The notes beneath the pieces are model-generated. The model was not told where the DNA came from, did no database searches, and saw nothing but the letters and a program-made list of their open reading frames with translations. Made by a program: the position numbers and the translations under genes. From Alphaproteobacteria bacterium (GTDB taxonomy: Bacteria; Pseudomonadota; Alphaproteobacteria; Micavibrionales; UBA2020): a stretch of 64,000 nt of DNA. Position 1 is the first letter of the stretch, and each line of letters opens with the position of its first letter. This document shows positions 60,649-64,000 of this stretch, piece after piece. The stretch spans positions 59,557 to 123,556 of the forward strand of contig WGNE01000031.1 of assembly GCA_016124645.1 (NCBI GenBank). The letters are read 5' to 3'.

Positions 60649-61137
60649 TCATGCGGCGACGGAAAGGTCTTCCGCCGTTTCATGCAGTTCGTGATTGATA
60701 ACATTGTCTTTTTCGTCAAATTCAAAGCTTCCGCGGAAGTTTTTTCCGGCGAGGAACAGCGGAAACCAGTAGCGGTCGTCCTGCCACATCTCGTCATAGG
60801 GGATGTCTTCTATGGCGAACCATTGCGGCTTCATCTCCTCGCTCTCGACGGGGTCGCCCGTGAAGCTGTCGGCATGGAAGACATGGACCTGCAGCACGTC
60901 CGGCTTGCCCTGCCAGCGGAATTCGACGATGCCCCGGCGGGTCAGCGGCCCGGCTTCGATGCCCGCTTCCTCCTGCAGCTCGCGTTTCGCGGCGTCCTCG
61001 ATGGTCTCGCCCGGCGATACCTTGCCGCCGAAGCCGTTCCACCGCCCCGCGCCGAAGCCCCGCTTTTTCATGCCCAGCAAAATGCGCGGCGGCTGTGTGA
61101 TGAGGCAAAGCGTGAGCAGCTTAGGGGATGCGGTCAT
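60649..61137 (-). CDS. NUDIX hydrolase, MTH1/MutT-like (8-oxo-dGTP diphosphatase candidate)
   Basis: Nudix box GGKVSPGETIEDAAKRELQEEAGI. Start trimmed to the ATG at 61137. Confidence 0.85.
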   Translation of the reverse strand: MTASPKLLTLCLITQPPRILLGMKKRGFGAGRWNGFGGKVSPGETIEDAAKRELQEEAGIEAGPLTRRGIVEFRWQGKPDVLQVHVFHADSFTGDPVESEEMKPQWFAIEDIPYDEMWQDDRYWFPLFLAGKNFRGSFEFDEKDNVINHELHETAEDLSVAA

Positions 61138-61174
61138 GGGGGAGGCCTTTCGAATGCATAAAGAGAGCCTGACT

Positions 61175-61729
61175 TTACGGCGTTTCCTTCCTCGCGGCAA
61201 GCGCGCGGCGCGCCAGCCATCCGGCGCCGCCGAGGGCAAGGCAGGGCAGCCAGATCATGCAAAGCTCGGAGAGGAAAACATGCAGCCCGTAGGGGCTGAA
61301 GAAGCTTTTGCCGATGGGGGAGACCGGCAGGGGCCGCCACGGCCAGAAGAAACACTGCGCCGAAAACGGCCAGAGCAGGGCGATGCCCTTCCCGCCGTCC
61401 GTCGTCATGTCGATGAGCGGATGGGAAAGCGCGACCGCGAAGATATAGGCGAAGATGCGTTTTGGCGGCAGGTCCTTCGTATCCTTTTCTTTCGGCAGCC
61501 GCCAGGCGCAGAGCAGCGCGATCATCGCCGCCATGAAGATGGAATGCGTGAAGCCGCGGTGGCCGAATTGCGAGCCGTAGGGAATGCCGAAGGGAAAGCC
61601 GATGACGTCAAGGTCCGCCGCGCAGCAGGCGAAACAGCCCATGACCGCGAGCGCGCGCGGGATTTTCTTTTGCCCCAGCGCGAGGGCGATGCCGATGGGC
61701 ACGGCGGGATGGGAGAAGATGGTGGCCAT
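61175..61729 (-). CDS. YdjM-family membrane-bound metal-dependent hydrolase (DUF457)
   Basis: MATIFSHPAVPIG...DLDVIGF...HRGFTHS pattern. Start trimmed to the ATG at 61729. Confidence 0.75.
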   Translation of the reverse strand: MATIFSHPAVPIGIALALGQKKIPRALAVMGCFACCAADLDVIGFPFGIPYGSQFGHRGFTHSIFMAAMIALLCAWRLPKEKDTKDLPPKRIFAYIFAVALSHPLIDMTTDGGKGIALLWPFSAQCFFWPWRPLPVSPIGKSFFSPYGLHVFLSELCMIWLPCLALGGAGWLARRALAARKETP

Positions 61730-61844
61730 GTTCTTGCGGCGTTTCCTCATGGTCGGTCTTTTCAGGCTAGCATAAATGCTGTTATTAAACGCTTGTACGA
61801 AGACGGTTTTTCGGGTAGTTATTTTCCTTAAAACATTAAAGGGC

Positions 61845-61862
61845 GGATTCTGTGCAGAATCC
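61845..61862. promoter_or_regulatory. perfect 8-bp inverted repeat GGATTCTG-TG-CAGAATCC with two GANTC sites, 16 nt upstream of mnmG
   Basis: Read directly from the sequence. Related to the GGATTCAT-AAA-ATGAATCC palindrome in the predicted oriC (47178-47196). Confidence 0.4.
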
Positions 61863-61877
61863 AGCTAAGTTACTGAT

Positions 61878-63758
61878 ATGAAAACAAAATATGATGTCAT
61901 CGTGATCGGGGGCGGACATGCGGGCTGCGAGGCGGCGGCCGCATCCGCGCGCATGGGCGCCGATACGCTGCTTTTGACCCACAAGGTCGAGAGCGTGGGC
62001 GTCATGTCCTGCAACCCCGCCATCGGCGGCCTTGGCAAGGGCCACCTCGTGCGCGAGATCGACGCGCTGGACGGGGTGATGGGCCGCGTCATCGACAAAT
62101 CCGGCATCCAGTTCCGCATGCTCAACGCCAGCAAGGGCCCCGCCGTGCGCGGCCCGCGCGCGCAGGCCGACCGCAAGCTTTACCGGGAGAACATGCAGGA
62201 AATACTGCTGGATTACCCCAACCTCACCGTCTTCGGCGACGGGGCGGAGGAAATTTTGCGCGACGCGGACGGCAATATCCGCGGTGTGACCTCCAGCGGC
62301 GGGCATGAGTTTTCCTGCGGCGCGCTGGTCATTACTACCGGCACTTTCCTGCGCGGGGTCATCCACCGCGGGGCGGAGCAATCGGCCGGCGGGCGCGTGG
62401 GCGAGAAACCCTCGGTCGGGCTCGCGCTCAGCATCGAAAAACTGGGGCTGCCGCTGGGGCGCCTGAAGACCGGCACCCCTGCGCGGCTGGACGGCAAGAC
62501 GATTGACTGGGCCGCGCTGGAAGAACAGCCGGGCGACAATCCGCCCGTGCCCTTTTCCTTCATGAACACCGAAGTGACAGTGCCGCAGATCTCCTGCCAC
62601 ATCACTTACACCAATGAAAAGACGCATGAGGTCATCCGCGACAACCTGCATGTGGCCCCCATGTATTCGGGCCAGATCAAGGGGGTGGGGCCGCGCTATT
62701 GCCCCTCGATCGAGGACAAGGTCGTGCGCTTCGCCGACAAGTCGCGCCATCAGGTCTTTCTGGAGCCGGAGGGGCGGGACGACGATACGGTCTATCCGAA
62801 CGGCATTTCCACCTCCCTGCCTGCCGAGGTTCAGGCGGCGATGATCAAGACCATTCCGGGGCTGGAGAACGCGGCCATCCTCGTGCCCGGCTACGCCATC
62901 GAATACGACTATGTCGATCCGCGCGCGCTGAAACGCACGCTGGAGGTGCGCGGCGTTTCCGGCCTGTTTCTGGCGGGCCAGATCAACGGCACCACGGGCT
63001 ACGAGGAAGCGGGCGCGCAGGGGCTGGTGGCGGGCGTCAACGCCGCCCTTGCCGCCGCGGGCCGCAAGGAAGAATTCACGCTGGACCGCGCGGACGGCTA
63101 TATCGGCGTGCTTATCGACGACCTCGTGACGCAGGGCGTGTCCGAGCCTTACCGCATGTTCACCAGCCGCGCGGAATACCGCCTGCTGCTGCGCGCCGAC
63201 AACGCCGATCAGCGGCTGACCCCGGCGGGCCTGTCCATCGGCTGCGTGGGCGGGGACCGCGCGGCGGTCTTCGAGGCGAAACAGCAACAACTGGAAGCGG
63301 CCCGCGCCCTCGTCAACGGCCTGACCGCCCTGCCCGTGGAGCTGGAGCGCATGGGCTTCAAGATCAATCAGGACGGGGTGCGCCGCTCCGTCCACGACCT
63401 GATGCGCTACCCCGATATCAGCATCGCCGCGCTTTCCGAACGCTGGCCGGAGCTGGCGGAAATCCCCGCCGATATCGTGGAGCAGGTCGAGATCGACGCG
63501 CGCTACGCGGGCTATATCCAGCGGCAGGAAGCGGATATCAAGGCTTTCCGCCGGGACGAAGCGCTGGCGCTGCCGAAAGACCTCGACTACGCGCAGGTCG
63601 GCAGCCTGTCGAACGAGATGCGCCTGAAACTCTCCCGGCACCGGCCCGATACGCTGGGCGCGGCGGCGCGCATTCCGGGCGTGACCCCGGCGGCCCTCGT
63701 CGCCCTGCTGCGCCACGTCAAGCGCAAGCCGGACACGAAAGACCGCAACGTTGCCTAG
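61878..63758 (+). CDS. mnmG: tRNA uridine 5-carboxymethylaminomethyl modification enzyme MnmG (GidA)
   Basis: [36 protein letters not shown], full-length 626 aa. Confidence 0.95.
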   Translation: MKTKYDVIVIGGGHAGCEAAAASARMGADTLLLTHKVESVGVMSCNPAIGGLGKGHLVREIDALDGVMGRVIDKSGIQFRMLNASKGPAVRGPRAQADRKLYRENMQEILLDYPNLTVFGDGAEEILRDADGNIRGVTSSGGHEFSCGALVITTGTFLRGVIHRGAEQSAGGRVGEKPSVGLALSIEKLGLPLGRLKTGTPARLDGKTIDWAALEEQPGDNPPVPFSFMNTEVTVPQISCHITYTNEKTHEVIRDNLHVAPMYSGQIKGVGPRYCPSIEDKVVRFADKSRHQVFLEPEGRDDDTVYPNGISTSLPAEVQAAMIKTIPGLENAAILVPGYAIEYDYVDPRALKRTLEVRGVSGLFLAGQINGTTGYEEAGAQGLVAGVNAALAAAGRKEEFTLDRADGYIGVLIDDLVTQGVSEPYRMFTSRAEYRLLLRADNADQRLTPAGLSIGCVGGDRAAVFEAKQQQLEAARALVNGLTALPVELERMGFKINQDGVRRSVHDLMRYPDISIAALSERWPELAEIPADIVEQVEIDARYAGYIQRQEADIKAFRRDEALALPKDLDYAQVGSLSNEMRLKLSRHRPDTLGAAARIPGVTPAALVALLRHVKRKPDTKDRNVA

Positions 63759-64000
63759 CCGTATAGAACAGACCTTCGAGCGCCACGGCTTCTTTGTTTC
63801 ACGTGAAACGCTTCAGAAGATGGAGCATTACGAACAGCTTCTCCTGAAGTGGCAGAAGGCCATCAACCTCGTCGGCCCCGCGACGCTGGACGACGTGGCG
63901 GAGCGGCATTTCTTCGATTCCGCGCAGCTTTTCCGCTACGTGAAGGACGTGGACGCGAAGCTGGTCGATCTCGGCTCCGGCGCGGGCTTTCCGGGGATCG
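63751..64000 (+). CDS. rsmG: 16S rRNA (guanine527-N7)-methyltransferase RsmG (GidB), 5' part truncated by the window end
   Basis: ...[47 protein letters not shown]...[13 protein letters not shown]. The start (TTG 63751, overlapping the mnmG end) is uncertain. Confidence 0.8.
   Translation, partial: MPSRIEQTFERHGFFVSRETLQKMEHYEQLLLKWQKAINLVGPATLDDVAERHFFDSAQLFRYVKDVDAKLVDLGSGAGFPGI
63795..63810. promoter_or_regulatory. parS-like centromere site (TGTTTCACGTGAAACG)
   Basis: 14-bp perfect palindrome GTTTCACGTGAAAC matches the core of the parS consensus TGTTNCACGTGAAACA. Embedded in the VSRET codons of rsmG. Confidence 0.65.

Noticed and set aside
61730-61877. Alphaproteobacterial LexA box (GTTC-N7-GTTC) upstream of the YdjM-family gene, whose E. 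coli homolog is SOS-regulated
   Set aside because: No GTTC/GAAC direct repeat with 7-nt spacing is present. Only the GGATTC...GAATCC palindrome is there, and it is reported separately.

Overview
GC-rich alphaproteobacterial-type chromosomal segment that appears to span the replication origin. Housekeeping genes: gyrB, recF, dnaN, the mreB-mreC-mreD-mrdA-rodA operon, rpmJ, guaC, mnmE, rho, hemJ-hemH-hemE, tdk, prmA, a thiolase, add, mnmG and the 5' end of rsmG. The hemE upstream spacer (about 46.96-47.42 kb) looks like a hemE-linked oriC: two perfect and three near-perfect DnaA boxes, six GANTC (CcrM-type) sites and a flip in gene orientation. A near-consensus parS palindrome lies inside rsmG. 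The most unusual content is accessory. (1) At 0.9-10.8 kb, seven ankyrin or ankyrin-like genes surround a TetR regulator. Four large tandem paralogs share a register-conserved C-terminal module of about 116-124 aa that ends in a basic tail, and a short basic-proline motif recurs at the termini of several proteins. Together these suggest a modular, possibly translocated effector family. (2) A block inserted between mnmE and rho encodes an 8x CxxC zinc-finger membrane protein and a Sel1-repeat/CbbX-type AAA+ ATPase. It lies next to a dienelactone-hydrolase homolog that has lost its nucleophile segment. (3) Three tandem paralogous polytopic membrane proteins share a conserved cytosolic N-terminal motif. 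(4) A 52-aa cysteine-pair sORF is missing from the ORF track and sits behind a terminator-containing leader or sRNA candidate. (5) An uncharacterised kinase-containing cluster lies next to the origin. I found no tRNA, rRNA, CRISPR array, transposase or integrase. All family assignments rest on motif recognition by eye, not on database searches.
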